Positions 12,069-24,137 of a DNA stretch of 64,000 bases are shown piece by piece. The translations under genes and the position numbers were made by a program. Position 1 is the stretch's first letter; every line of letters starts with the position of its first letter. The notes below the pieces were generated by a model, which did not search any database, was not told where the DNA came from, and saw nothing but the letters and a program-made list of their open reading frames with translations. The stretch is from assembly GCF_006345805.1 (NCBI RefSeq), contig NC_043006.1, forward strand, positions 34,038,001 to 34,102,000, written 5' to 3'. This DNA comes from Octopus sinensis. Taxonomy: Eukaryota.

Positions 12069-12221
12069 CCATGTATATATATATATACATATATATATAT
12101 AAGAGAAAGAAATTTGGTTCTTTTATCTTTTACTTGTTTCAATCATTGGACAGCGGCCATGCTGGAGCATCACCATGAATAATTCAACCCCAGTACTTAT
12201 TTTTAAGCCTAATACTTAATT

Positions 12222-12452
12222 TATTTCTTCATTGCCCACAAGGTGCTAGACATAGAGGGGACAAACAAGGACACATGAAGGGATTAAGTAAATTACATTG
12301 ACCCCACTGCATAACTGCTGCTTATTTAATCAACCCCAAAAGGACGAAAGGCAAAGTTGACCTCAGCGGAATCTGAACTCACAATGTAACGGCAGCCAAA
12401 ATATCGCTAAGCATTTCGTCTGGTGTGCTAACGTTTCTGCCAGCTTGCCGCC
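12222..12452 (-). mobile_element. SINE family B
   Basis: Reverse of 713-943. Confidence 0.85.
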
Positions 12453-12584
12453 CTTAATCAGTTGATCACTTTGGCCAAAATGCTAAGTTTTTGGGATGTA
12501 ACCTGATACTGACTGCCAGGCAGCAGAGGAGTGTGGGAGGTGGAGTAAATATAATACACACACACACACATACATATACGTACT

Positions 12585-12745
12585 GCAGGCTTCTTTTAGT
12601 TTCCATCCATCAAATCCACTTACAAGGCATTGCTCTGTCTGGGGCTGTAGTAGAAGACACTTGCCCAAGGTGCCATGCAGTGGCATTGAACCCAAGATTT
12701 CATCATTGTCAAACAAGTTTCTCATCCACACAGCCACACTTACAC
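12585..12745 (-). mobile_element. SINE family A head
   Basis: gaagacacttgcccaaggtgccatgcagt..gaaccc..ccacacagccac. Confidence 0.8.
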
Positions 12746-12799
12746 CTATAATTAAGACATATATTTTCAATATAGTGAAAAAGAAGATTAGTTGTTCTA

Positions 12800-13200
12800 G
12801 GTATAGTAGTGGCTGTGTGGTAAGTAGCTTGCTTACGAACCACATGGTTCCGGGTTCAGTCTCACTACATGGCAACTTCGGCAAGTGTCTTCTTCTATAG
12901 CCTCAGGCCAACCAAAGCCTTGTGAGTGGATCTGGTAGACGGAAACTGAAAGAAGCCTGTCATATATATATATGTATATGTATATATATATGTGTGTGTG
13001 TTTGTGTTTGTCCCCCCAACATCGCTTGACAACCTATGGTGGTGTGTTTACATCCCCGTAACTTAGTGGTTCAGCAAAAGACCAATAGAATAATTACTAG
13101 GCTTACAAAGAATAAGTCCTGGGGTCGATTTGCTCAGCTAAAGGTGGTGCTCCAGCATGGCTGCAGTCAAATGACTGAAACAAGTAAAAGAGTAAGAGTA
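12800..13200 (+). mobile_element. SINE family A, full length
   Basis: tRNA-like head, CORE-like segment, internal (TA)n(TG)n, tail gctccagcatggctgcagtcaaatgactgaaacaagtaaaagag. Confidence 0.9.
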
Positions 13201-13257
13201 TATTATCAGCATTGGTTGTTGTTCATATCATTCTTTAGCTCTAAGTTGGCCCTAATG

Positions 13258-13470
13258 GTGTTGTTTAGCCCTAAGCCCTGATTGAGCTGACCTATGACTG
13301 AAGGCATTCTAACTGTGACCCTCACATCTGTACTTCATGTATAATGCAATTAGGATTACATAATCCAATGTGAAGTTGTTTCTTTATTTATAGATATACA
13401 TATATTGTATGTTATGAGCAGCAAGAGATTTGGTTGTTATTTCTAGCATTTCGAACGACCACATAGTGGC
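13258..13470 (-). mobile_element. SINE-like family F
   Basis: ttgttgtttagccc..gacctatga..tatttctagca. Confidence 0.6.
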
Positions 13471-14154
13471 TTTCTTAGTTCTTGCAGAAGAGAAGAAATA
13501 GGAGAAGGAGAAAAAAAGAAGCAAAAAGGAAGGGGGGGGGGGAGAAAAGAGAAGAGGAGATGATTGTAAAGATGAAATATTGGTAACAAAGAAAAAAACC
13601 CGCATAAAAAGAATAAAATTTTTTAAAATGCAAAAATCAAATAAACAAACAAACAAACAAATATAAAAAAAAAGGAGATAGAAAATGGTGAATGGTAAAA
13701 ATATGGGACAAGCACCCTGAAAGAGAAACACATCCAAATATAAATAAATAATAAAATAAAAAACTGCTGCTGTAGAATTAATTGATTTTTCAATATTGTT
13801 CCACAATAATGGTATTTAAGTGAAAACATAATCTTTTGATTATCGAGACAGTATTTTGTGGTCTCAGACGAGACATTGGCTGTTCCAAGGTTAAGTAAGT
13901 TTTGTAAACTGACGCGGATGTGTGATTTCTGGGTGTGGTTAGGTGACCCCTCTATAGCCTTTCTTTCAACAGTGATGATTGGCCATAATCTAGTTGTAAT
14001 GTGTCTTTACATCTTGATAATAAAACCCAAGGAAGAACTGAAGTCAAGTTGAAGAGGAATTATGTAAAGAAAATAGACTTTAATTTGGATGATTATTTTT
14101 GAGCAAAACAGTGATTGCAACAACAGTCTCCTGCAACAACAAATACCATACACA

Positions 14155-14376
14155 ACTCTCTCTCTATCTCTCTAACCTCTATCTATTTCTCTATGTATCC
14201 ACCTATCTATCTATCTATCTATCTATCTGTCTGTCTGTCTCTATCTATCTATCTATATCTGTCTCTATCTATCTATATCTGTCTCTATCTATCTATCTAT
14301 CTATCTATATATGTCTCTATCTATATCTGTATCTATCTATCTATCTATCTATATCTGTTTGTCTCTCTCTCTCTCT
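14155..14376. repeat. (TCTA)n/(TC)n compound microsatellite
   Basis: Direct reading. Confidence 0.9.
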
Positions 14377-14607
14377 AGAATGTCTAGCATTCCTTTAATA
14401 AAAACAGCTAGCTATAAACCCAGCTCTTTGCTTCTTAGTTGATTAGACTAAGAGCCATTCCCATCATTGCTTTGTCCGTCTATTTCTCTACACCACATGA
14501 CTGAAAACCACCACTTAGCTGTTATTTCTACATATTCTATCTCTGAACTTTCTTGCATAGAATACTTCCTTCAACTAGATTCTACAATTTGATTCCATGT
14601 ATCATCA
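14377..14607 (+). repeat. Dispersed repeat, copy 1 (copy 2 at 19340-19572)
   Basis: tagaatgtctagc..cattgctttgtccgtctatttctcta..tctatctctgaactttcttgcataga..atgtatcatca in both. Confidence 0.85.
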
Positions 14608-14890
14608 TCGACCTGGTCAAAAAAAGCAATTACCTGCATAGTCAATGCGACATCACATCAGTTGAGAGAGATAAATAGATAGGCTGCTGTCACGAGTGGG
14701 ACGAGTCCGCCTGTCGGCCGAGTCTATCGTGTCAACTGCTCCATCACTTTCCCTCAACCGGGAAGGCAAGGCAGTCTTCATTGTACTGGTGGCCGTGGTG
14801 GACTCTAGCGAAAGGATTAGAGACAAACACTTGCCTCTCTGGCCAATCGCTTTGAAAAGGAAGGTGAGAATGGAGAGGCAGGTTTTGTCT
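14608..14890. promoter_or_regulatory. CpG-rich unique block; candidate promoter or first exon
   Basis: Many CpGs, a CCAAT motif, minus-strand donor-like ATGCAG|GTAATT at 14634/14633, plus-strand AAG|GTGAGA near 14862. Confidence 0.3.
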
Positions 14891-15020
14891 TGTGAAAGTT
14901 TCAAAAAAGGTGGATGAATGTAGCAAAGATGGTGTGTGTGAGTGACAAAACCATTTTGAGCATGATCCTGTAGATCGAAAAAAAAGAGAGAGAGAGGTTA
15001 CTGTGGTCTTTTCGGTAGGA

Positions 15021-15095
15021 GGATATATCAGCCGAAATGTGTTAAAAACAAACAAGATGAGGGCAAATAAATGTCAAATGTAAATAATGTAAATG
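15021..15095 (+). mobile_element. SINE family D 3' fragment
   Basis: tatatcagccgaaatgtgttaa..caaacaagatgagg..gtcaaatgtaaataatgta. Confidence 0.75.
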
Positions 15096-15419
15096 ATTGT
15101 CAGATGGTGTTACCAATATGGAATTCATGTTTGTAACACATAGGCCCACAGACGTATATTTTCATCTTTGGTTGGGCAGTTAGACAACATACATAAGGTG
15201 TTGTTTTGTCTTGGCCCATGTTTCATTAGAATCTTCTTCAGAGAAGGTCCAGAAGGGCCAATCATATATTCAATCCTACTTTATAGATAATACAGTGGAT
15301 TGCAGCAGCTGTTTTTTCATTAACATGTGGCACTTTCAAGAAACATGTTACCTTTGGATGCATGGGTTTTGCTTGGTGGTTTGCTGATGTATTGAGTGAA
15401 AAAGTATGGATAGCCATTC

Positions 15420-16090
15420 CCCATCAGGACTTTACCCCTGCAGTTCTTTGGAAGTACCCCCATTTCATCCAGTTGTATTTGTGACTGTATTCTTTCGATT
15501 GTTACTCAATATTCCTGACCAGAGGTAAAAACGGACATGGAAGCCAAACTGAAAATATCAAAGTTTTGCATTTTTACAACCTTTCCTCTTCTGGGGATCA
15601 AAATGCTGAAGTTGATGTATTACTGTGCCATCACCTGCAATTCCATCTCAGCCTCTTGCATCTCATCACTTCTGAATACAACCCTGAGGTAGCTAAACCT
15701 CTCCATTTGCTTCAGTGATGTTCTTCTAACATTCTGAGAAGACTTTCTTAAGGGAACCAGTGTCTCAGTCTTTGCAAAATTAATTTTAACTCATGTTCTG
15801 CAGCACTTGGCAACGAATGATTTAGTGCATGCTGCAAATCACCTTCTGATGTGTCAAGTATAGCACCATGTCGTCTGCTAATGTCAACCAACCAATCCTA
15901 CACCCACCAGTTGTGATTACTTCCACAAAGGTTGTACATATCAACCCATTTCATAAAAATTATGAGTAGAGGTCGTAATATACACCCTTGACTGCTAAAC
16001 AGTGAAATTATAAAAATCCCATCCAGGAGAGACTATTATTTCTAATATTCATGATAACCAAAGAGTTCTGTCTCCACCAGAGTTTCCTAG
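15420..16090 (-). pseudogene. Degenerate RTE-clade (Expander-like) reverse transcriptase fragment
   Basis: Manual translation across stops and frameshifts: SQGCILRPLL..., LADDMVL, SEGDLQHALN, KINFAKTETL, LKQMERFSYL. Confidence 0.75.
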
Positions 16091-16884
16091 ATTCCCTTAA
16101 CATCAATGGTGTGCCACCTCACATTATCAAGATAAAATTTAGTGTTGTAATAATGTTGTTGAGATAGTATAACTGCAGAAGGGGCCATTGTAATGATACA
16201 CATCATTATAGAGCTATTTTTAGTTTTTGTTTTGTTCCCTTTTTTTGTGTGTTTACAACTGACACTGATAAATGCGAATAAAATTGGGTTGACACAAGAT
16301 GAACTTTGCTAATTCCCCTCATCAATCTGCTACCATCCTACACGGATTTGCCATTTGTTTTAAGACGTCAATCCCCTATCAGACATGCATTTGTCTTGTC
16401 AATAAACAAGTCAAGGACATAGCTTATCGAAATGTGATACTTATCTCCCTACTCCAGTGTTCTTCTAGAGTCAGCTGTACATTGCTATCAGTAAAACTGG
16501 AGATCTTCTTAACCAAAAATACATTAGCTAATCAAAGTCAGTTTACTAGATCAACAGAACGGCATCCTGATAATGAAACTAGAAGATTTATGAAAAGTCA
16601 TGTCAATGTAGCCATTGTTTAAATTTAAAATAGTGTTTATTGAAGCAAGAAAATAACAACATCCTCATTTAATGTCCACTTTTTCGTACATGGGTCAGAC
16701 AGAATTTGTCAAGGCAGATTTTCTATAGAAAATAGATGTGGCTGTTTGTTTCTCTGGAGACACAGAATGATGTAGACACCTGATGAAAACCCAATAAGGT
16801 TAAAAAATCGATTAAAATTTTTCAGTTTTTCAGTCTGCGGAGAAATGGCTACAATTTGCCCTGTTTATAATTATACCATATGTG

Positions 16885-16917
<33 letters not shown>

Positions 16918-17089
16918 TATAGATATACAAACACATGTATACACATGCATACATACATTACATATATGTATATGTGTATGTGTATACATGTGTGTGCATA
17001 TACATGTGAATTTGTATATGCATATATGTGTATATATATATATACATATACATGTATGTATATGTATGATAGTAGTTGTTGTTACAGTA

Positions 17090-17330
17090 GTTGCTTAGCT
17101 ACAGGTCAGTCTACTCAAACAGACCAATGATCAAAGATGTTTTCATTCTGACAATCGCATTCTATTTTTTTCCCTGACTTAATATCCTCTGGAAGTCTAA
17201 GCCTACATTATCCAAAAGAGACTTCCATTTTTTTTTTAAAGACAATAGGATGTGATTTAAAAGGTAGTTGGCTGCTATTTCTGGCAGATCAATTGGCCAT
17301 ACAAAGGATCTCTTATCAAGCTTGTGATTG
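17090..17330 (-). mobile_element. SINE-like family F
   Basis: gaccaatgatcaaag..ggctgctatttct. Confidence 0.55.
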
Positions 17331-17529
17331 TAGAGATCTATATTGTTGTTGTTGTCGTTGCAACTGTTGTTTTATTTACTCATTGACAGTGGATAGTAAA
17401 GAAACCGATGGAATCCATCATGACCTTTCATCTTAGCAACACAGACTCGAGGCCAACACAACATTGATTTCTAGATGAATTCTGAAATCATTCCAGTTCT
17501 GGAGATTGAAGATTTTTGTCCAGGATGAT

Positions 17530-17985
17530 TTAGCATTAATGGTGGTGGTGGTGGTGTAGTTGAGAGAGTGGGGTGGTTATGTGCTGTGGTAGTTCTGATG
17601 TAATAAGAGCAGCAGGGCTGGTATGGTGTGGTAGTGATGAAAACCAAGGCAGTAATGATGTAATAGATGGGAGGGGGGTTATGTGGCAGCAGTGGTGGTG
17701 AAGGCAAATGGTGGTAATAGAAAACAGTGGGAATAATATTGTGATGGTGGTGGAGATGATGGTGGTGATGGTTATAGTGTAGATATGGCAGTGATATAAG
17801 AGATAGAGAGATGGGAGAACTGCATGGTGGTGGTGGAGGTGGTGAAATCAGAGATAACGGTGTTGTAGCAGATGGGAAGATTACATAGCTGTGATGATGA
17901 TGGTGGTGGTGGTGGTGGTGGACAAAAAATGGTGGTGATGGATGAGTATAAGATAAATGCCAGTGGTGGTGGTGATGGAATGAAG
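17530..17985. repeat. Degenerate (GGT)/(GAT)-rich low-complexity tract
   Basis: Source of the His/Pro-rich pseudo-ORF 17471-18139. Confidence 0.8.
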
Positions 17986-17994
17986 GACCAGAGA

Positions 17995-18148
17995 GGAAAT
18001 ACTCAACTGCTTCTTCATTTCTATCAACCCTCAAAGGCCGAATAGCAAAGTTAATCCTGGCATGATTTGAACTCAGAATGTAAATAGCTTGAACAAATAC
18101 CTCAATGCATTTGGCCCAATGCTTTAACAATTCAGCCAAACTATTGCC
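17995..18148 (-). mobile_element. SINE family B, degenerate
   Basis: tatcaaccc..aaagg..gcaaagtt..atttgaactcagaatgtaa. Confidence 0.6.
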
Positions 18149-18377
18149 CGATCAATGACAGCAACATTAATACCAGTAATAGCATCAAGTGTGGCAACCT
18201 GTGGCATTCAAGCCACCATGGCTTTTATGTGTTTTTTCTCCATGGCCTCACTTAATATCATGACTCTATAAAGTAAATAGCTTTTATATCTCAGGTTATG
18301 CTCAAGAGTTCTAAGAAGAATGAAATAGTACTGTATAAGTTTACCTCTGTCTAGAGACTTTAAGTACTTTGAAATAG

Positions 18378-18755
18378 GTGCAGGTGTGGTGGTATGGTAG
18401 GAAGCTTGCTTCCTAACCCCATGGTTCTTGGTTCAGTGCAACTGCATGGCACTTTGGGCAAGTGTCTTCCACTATAGCATCAGGCCAACCAAAGTCTTGT
18501 GAGTGGATTTGGTTGATGGAAATTGAAAGACGCACATCACACACACACACATGTGTGTGTGTGCTTGTCACCCACCACCACTTAGTAACCAGTGTTGGTG
18601 TGTTTACATCCATGTAGCTTAGTAATTTGGCGAAAGAGACTGCTAGTGTAAGTAGTAGGTTAAAAAGAAACAGTACTATGGTTGATTCATTCAACTAATA
18701 ATTCTTCAAGGTGGTGCTCTAGCATGGCCACAATGTGACTGAAACAAATAAAAGA
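18378..18755 (+). mobile_element. SINE family A, diverged full length
   Basis: Head, CORE-like segment, internal (CA)n/(TG)n and tail all present. Confidence 0.8.
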
Positions 18756-19339
18756 TAGATCCCACGTTATGTCATGCTGAAGATTTCTAAGGAGAATGAA
18801 ATGGTGCTATATAAGATTACGGCTGAGTAAGAGTGCAAAAACTGCATCCTTCTGCCAAGCCATTTTGAGCCAGTGTGGTAGAGCACTGTAAACCAGTATT
18901 ATCTCAAGCTCAAATTCAAGGTCTCCACATCAGAACATGGTTAGGTGGAGAGAAAATTCTGTGATCTTCATCCTGCAGTGGACTGAACATGGGCAATCCA
19001 ATCCAAATTCAATAGATCTGTGTACTCTTTACTATTATAAAGGACATTTGTCAACTCTTTGTTCAAGAGATGCAGCATGGTTTATGATGAGAAATATCTC
19101 ATATAATCAACTGCTAGGGAAATTAGCTAACCCATGCCTGCTTCATGCTGTTACTTAACTTGCTAGATATAGCAACCAAATTTCTAGTAAATTATGCACT
19201 GTTGTAGATAGATAGTTAAATAATCCCTTTTGCAAGAAAGGTCATGGAGTAACCTCCCTTTTCTAAGCTTCTCAAAGCATATGTGTCATGAGACGTGATT
19301 CTTAATTATCCAAGAAGCTTAGCATGTCTCTTGAAAGTT

Positions 19340-19572
19340 TCTAGAATGTCTAGCGTTCCATTAATAAGAACAGGTAGCTAACTCTGCTCTTCACTTCTTA
19401 GCCAATTAGACTTAGAGCCATTCATGTCATTGCTTTGTCCGTCTATTTCTCTATGCCACATGACTGAAATCCACTGCTTAGCTGTTATTTCTACATTTTC
19501 TATCTCTGAACTTTCTTGCATAGATTATTTCATTCAGCTAGATTCTACATATTATTTCTATGTATCATCAAC
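19340..19572 (+). repeat. Dispersed repeat, copy 2 (of 14377-14607)
   Basis: Colinear, roughly 80% identical by eye. Confidence 0.85.
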
Positions 19573-20284
19573 CAGTAAATAAAATATTTTTTTATGGAGT
19601 AAATATATAGATCTTGAATTTATTCTTCCATCTCTGTATGAATTCTTGTAATAACATGCACGCAGCCACATCAACACCTTGTACTGACTTTATATTCCAC
19701 TACACTGTCTTAAAACTGACAGGACATGTTGGACAATAGGGCTCTGCTGAATAAGATCTTCTTTGGGTTAAATAATAACATTAACAGTAATAATGGTCAT
19801 AATGCCAGTAACAACTACTATGCAAACAGCAGCAACAATAACAACTACAATAACACCTGTAGCACCAACATCGACAACAAAGAGCTAGCATGTAAGCCTC
19901 AACATGACAACTCAACTTGTTAGATATAGCAGCCAAATACCTATCAGATCAAATCACTTGTCTAAGTAAAGATGGGTAAATGTCTCCTCTCCCACCTGTA
20001 ACTGTGCTGGGCTTTCAGAAATTGTCCATAAACCCTGACTTGACAATCAGGTGAGGGTTTATGGAAAAATTAAAGGATATATTGAATAATGTAGTTTGTG
20101 ATACATTGGGGCTAGTCAAAACAATCCCCCACCCCCCAAAAAATTATTTGTCACAACTGGAACAGCTTAGTTCTGTTTATAAGGAATGACTTTAAAATAA
20201 ACAACAATGTAAACCAAAGCCTTGTGAGTAGATTGGGTAGATGGAAACTAAAATAATCCCACTGTAGTGTGTGTGTGTGTTTGC

Positions 20285-20505
20285 ATTTCCTTGTCTTGCC
20301 ATCACATGATCATTGTAAATGAGTGTCACAGCCACATAACTAGTGTCGTTCATTTCGAATATTCTGACTGTGAGGAAATATTATCTTGCTTGGAAACAAG
20401 TGATAGTTGGTGGCAGTAAAGGCACCCAGCCGTAGAAAGTCTGCCTTAATACTAAACTCCACATGACTCTTGCAGGCATGGAAAAATGGATGTTACGATG
20501 ATGTG
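20285..20505 (+). mobile_element. SINE-like family E
   Basis: Colinear with 1160-1392. Confidence 0.7.
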
Positions 20506-22950
20506 GGGTGACAGTGATGTGTGCATATATACAAAGTTGTTACCAGTTCAAGTATGTCTTGATGTAGATGAACAGGTGGAAATATACTGAGTCAGTTCAC
20601 AAAATCCCCTAAACTCGCATGCATTTCAGAATAATTATCTCTGCTTCAACAACAAATTAGAAAGCCAGGTGCTGCAAATTGGCTTTCTTAAGGGTCTAAA
20701 TTTACTCCAAGCATATTTGAACTGGCACCAAGTTTGTATTTATTCACATCGCAGCTTAGTGCTGTCACTCCATATTTTATTTACCATGAGCTGCTGAATA
20801 GCACAACCAGTCATTAAACGATGAGGAAATACCATAAGGACCTGCCCTTTGTGTCAGTTTGCAGCATCTGCCTTTCAGGCCTCTGCTGCTGAAGAGGAGA
20901 TAATCACTCTGAAATGCATGCATCCAACTGTCTGGTTAGGGAGCACTGTGAGCTGACTCAGTGCATTTACACCTATTTGTCTGCAGCAAGAAATTTTCTC
21001 CATCACAAAATACTGTGAATGACTTTCCTACTGATTAAATTATTCCTCAAGTGTATTTAAACTGGTAGCAAGTTTGTAGTTATGATGATAATGATGTTGA
21101 ATCAATGCGTCATACTCTCCATCTTTGCCCTCCTACCAATTCCTAGTCTGGTCATAATGTAAGAATTCATTACTGTTTCATATTTTCCCATGTTACGTAA
21201 GACAGTGTGTGGTCATGTGTTAAGAAAACATTTGAACAAATGTCTAATTGAAAAGAAACCTCAGATCACAAATACTGAACCAGTCGACTTTATTTGTAAC
21301 ATTTGTGTGTAGGATAGATATTGATTAACTTATTGATTGATTAAGCATTATAAAATCTAATGTGTTCTGCAGACTGTGCCATTTAAACATGTTCAGGCAA
21401 AACAAATCCACATCTATGACCAAATTCGATACGAGAGCAGGGAAATATGTCAAATTGATCTCCTCACTGATGGAGGCAGCCTTTGTGGAAACTAAGACAC
21501 AAACAACGATGGGAGCATTTAAAAGTTATGTCTACCCTGGGAAAACACTACTGTATGTGTGTGTGTGTATAAAAATATTATGTGTAAAAGAAATATATAT
21601 ATATAAGTAGTTGGTGTTAGAAATGGTATCCAGCAGCAGAAATATTTCCAAAGCTGCTTTACTTGTTGTCAACCATAAAAGCATCTCCAGGATTCTTGAC
21701 ATGTTGTGTAATCTTTGTAACCAAATGCCTCATTTGTGCTGCAACATTTGTTTCCAGGTCTCCACGTAAAGCATGTCTGTGCTGTTTATTGTTCAATAGA
21801 TTGGGAGATTAATGCCCCACTTGGAAATAGGTATTGGCAACAAGAAAGGCATCCAGCCATAAAAAAACTTTGCCCTAATAAATTATCATTTGACAAATGC
21901 AAGCATGGAAAAGTAGACATTGAAATGATGTTAATGGTCTGTACACACACACGTGTGTGTGTGTGTGTGTGTGTAAGTAGCCAAGAAATAAACTGTAACA
22001 TCAGATGGTATCTAAAAGTTTACCAAAAGATGCACCATCTGGGGGAACCAGCCTTGGCATTTTACTCAGAGAAATTTGGTATCTGCCTGGATATTATATC
22101 CTTCCTCTTATGTATGTATGTCTGTCTGTCTGTTTATTTCAAGATTCCTTGCTATTTGAGAAAGAACTGGTTTCTAACCTAGATCCAAGGCTGCTTCATT
22201 GGAATTTCAACATCAATGCTCATATATATTTAAATGATAAACGTCTGGAAAGTTTTACAGATTTTTACTGTTCCAGTGATGGATTGGCTCTGTAGTCTTC
22301 GAATTAGCTTTCTCCTTTCTGCTTTTGAGAAGCTTAATTTCTTAAGATTGGTATTTAGGCAGTGTATTACATATCCCAGGACCCCAATAATTACAGGTAT
22401 AAACCTGAACTTGTTTGTATGTATATATGTATTGTGATGTGCATGGATTTTTTGTATTGGCATGTAGATGTTAATATATTTGTGTATATATGTATGCACA
22501 TGTAGGTATATGTATGTATGTACCTCCATATATGTGTGTGTGTATTAGAGTATGTAGCATCTACATGTATGAATATAAAAATAGATATGTATATTCAATT
22601 TTAAGGCTGTCAGAAGTTATTCATTTTCCCACTTTATTATAATTAATTACTTATTTAATTAGGCATTTATTGTCTGCATATAATTATATTTTATTTTTTT
22701 AATCCTTCTATATGTATTTAGATAATTATTACTCAAGTAAATGTGTATATATTTTGAAATATTCTTACATAATTAGGAAGCTCAATTATGTTTCCGTCTA
22801 ATATGTAATATTAATGCTTAATTACTCTTTCTCTCTCTATTTTCTTGATGTTATATTTTGTGGAAAATTAATTTTTCTCAGTCAAATTTGTTCTGAATAT
22901 TGGAATCATAAATGTTTTGAAAGGACATTGTTACATACAGTTCTATATTT

Positions 22951-23108
22951 AAGAGATGAGGAATTATTTACATTATTTACATTTGACGGATATTTGTCCT
23001 CATCTTGTTTGTTGTTAACACAATGTTTCGGCTGATATACCATCCAGCCTTCATCAGGTGTCTTGGGGAAATTTCGAACCTGGGTTCTCATTCCTAAGGT
23101 ATTTTTAG

Positions 23109-23135
<27 letters not shown>
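22951..23135 (-). mobile_element. SINE family D 3' tail with HHR motif at 23017-23062 (left arm of inverted pair)
   Basis: Minus strand reads gacac-CTGATGA-a-ggctg-gatggtatat-cagcc-GAAACatt-gtgtt. Confidence 0.9.
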
Positions 23136-23137
<2 letters not shown>

Positions 23138-23140
<3 letters not shown>

Positions 23141-23390
23141 GGTGGAGTTGTTAAGAGAGTGGGCTACTAACTCCAAAATTCCGAGTTCAATTCCAAGCAG
23201 TGGCCGAATAATAACATAATAATAATCATAATGATAATAATAAAAAACAACATTGAAAAATACCTTAGGAATGAGAATCCAGGTTTGAAATTTCCCCAAG
23301 ACACCTGATGAAGGCTGGAGGTTATCTCAGCCGAAACATTGTGTTAACAACAAACAAGATGAGGACAAATATCCATCAAATGTAAATAAT
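23138..23390 (+). mobile_element. SINE family D with tRNA head and HHR motif at 23300-23345
   Basis: tggtggagttgttaagag..gagttcaattcc head, (AAT)n linker, gacac-CTGATGA-a-ggctg..cagcc-GAAACatt-gtgtt. Confidence 0.9.
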
Positions 23391-23409
23391 GGACTTTGTT
23401 ACATTTACA

Positions 23410-23865
23410 AACTCAACAATGCTAATGCCAAATACGGTGCTGAACTTAGGAGCATCTAAGCAGACAATTCTGTTAGAAGTCTCAGTTCCCAGGGAAGAAT
23501 TCACTGAAGTGGCAAACAGAAATAAGAGGAGGAAAAGAGCTGAGCTGGTGGAGTTAGGCTCAGGCAATGGGTGACAAGCAGGGTATGATCCCATTGAAAT
23601 GGTACAGAGAGGGTTTGCAGGCCAATCTCCTTGCAGAGGTTACATGTTGGGTTTCAGAGGGGCCAGTAAGCAGAAGGCCATTTGGTTGGACGTGGATGTA
23701 GTAGATTTGTCCCCCACCCCCACCCCCACCCAAGATGGCTGTAAATCAGATGTGAGCCCTAGAAGGGGCCAGAGCTACAAGAGATTGGCTGAGTTGTCTG
23801 GGTGGTGGGTGTCTGATGTTGAAAAACCTGAAAAACCTAATGACCCCAGGAAACATCCCCCAGGT
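23410..23865 (+). pseudogene. 3' fragment of a restriction-like-endonuclease non-LTR retrotransposon (HERO-like, R2 group)
   Basis: MPNTVL..SKQTILLEVSVPREE..NKRRKRAELVE..G*QAGYDPIEM.QRGFAGQS resembles PDIV..LELTVPWEE..KRAKY.EL..GW..PIEVGCRGFAGQS; 3' UTR-like gtgtctgatgttgaaa..aatgaccccagg. Confidence 0.7.
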
Positions 23866-24084
23866 GAATCACAGGACAATGTATGGTAAAGCATTAAAAT
23901 TTTGTTTCCAAAGAGAAATTGGAAGCAATTGGAAATTCTTTGCTAAAACAATAAATCTGTGACATATTACAATTCACTCAACAGTTATCCTCTGACGCTT
24001 ATGTTGAGCCTTTTTATGATTTTTGAGCCCCCTGATCTTTGATTCAAAAGTTTTCATGTGTGTGTGTGTATGTATGTATGTATG

Positions 24085-24127
<43 letters not shown>

Positions 24128-24137
24128 TATTATTATT

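Noticed and set aside
16775-16815. gacacCTGATGAaaacc..ggtt..aatcgatt hammerhead-like string
   Set aside because: There is no GAAA and helix I cannot pair; too degenerate to call.
17471-18139. 222-aa His/Pro-rich ORF
   Set aside because: It is a degenerate (GGT)n tract plus an antisense SINE B.
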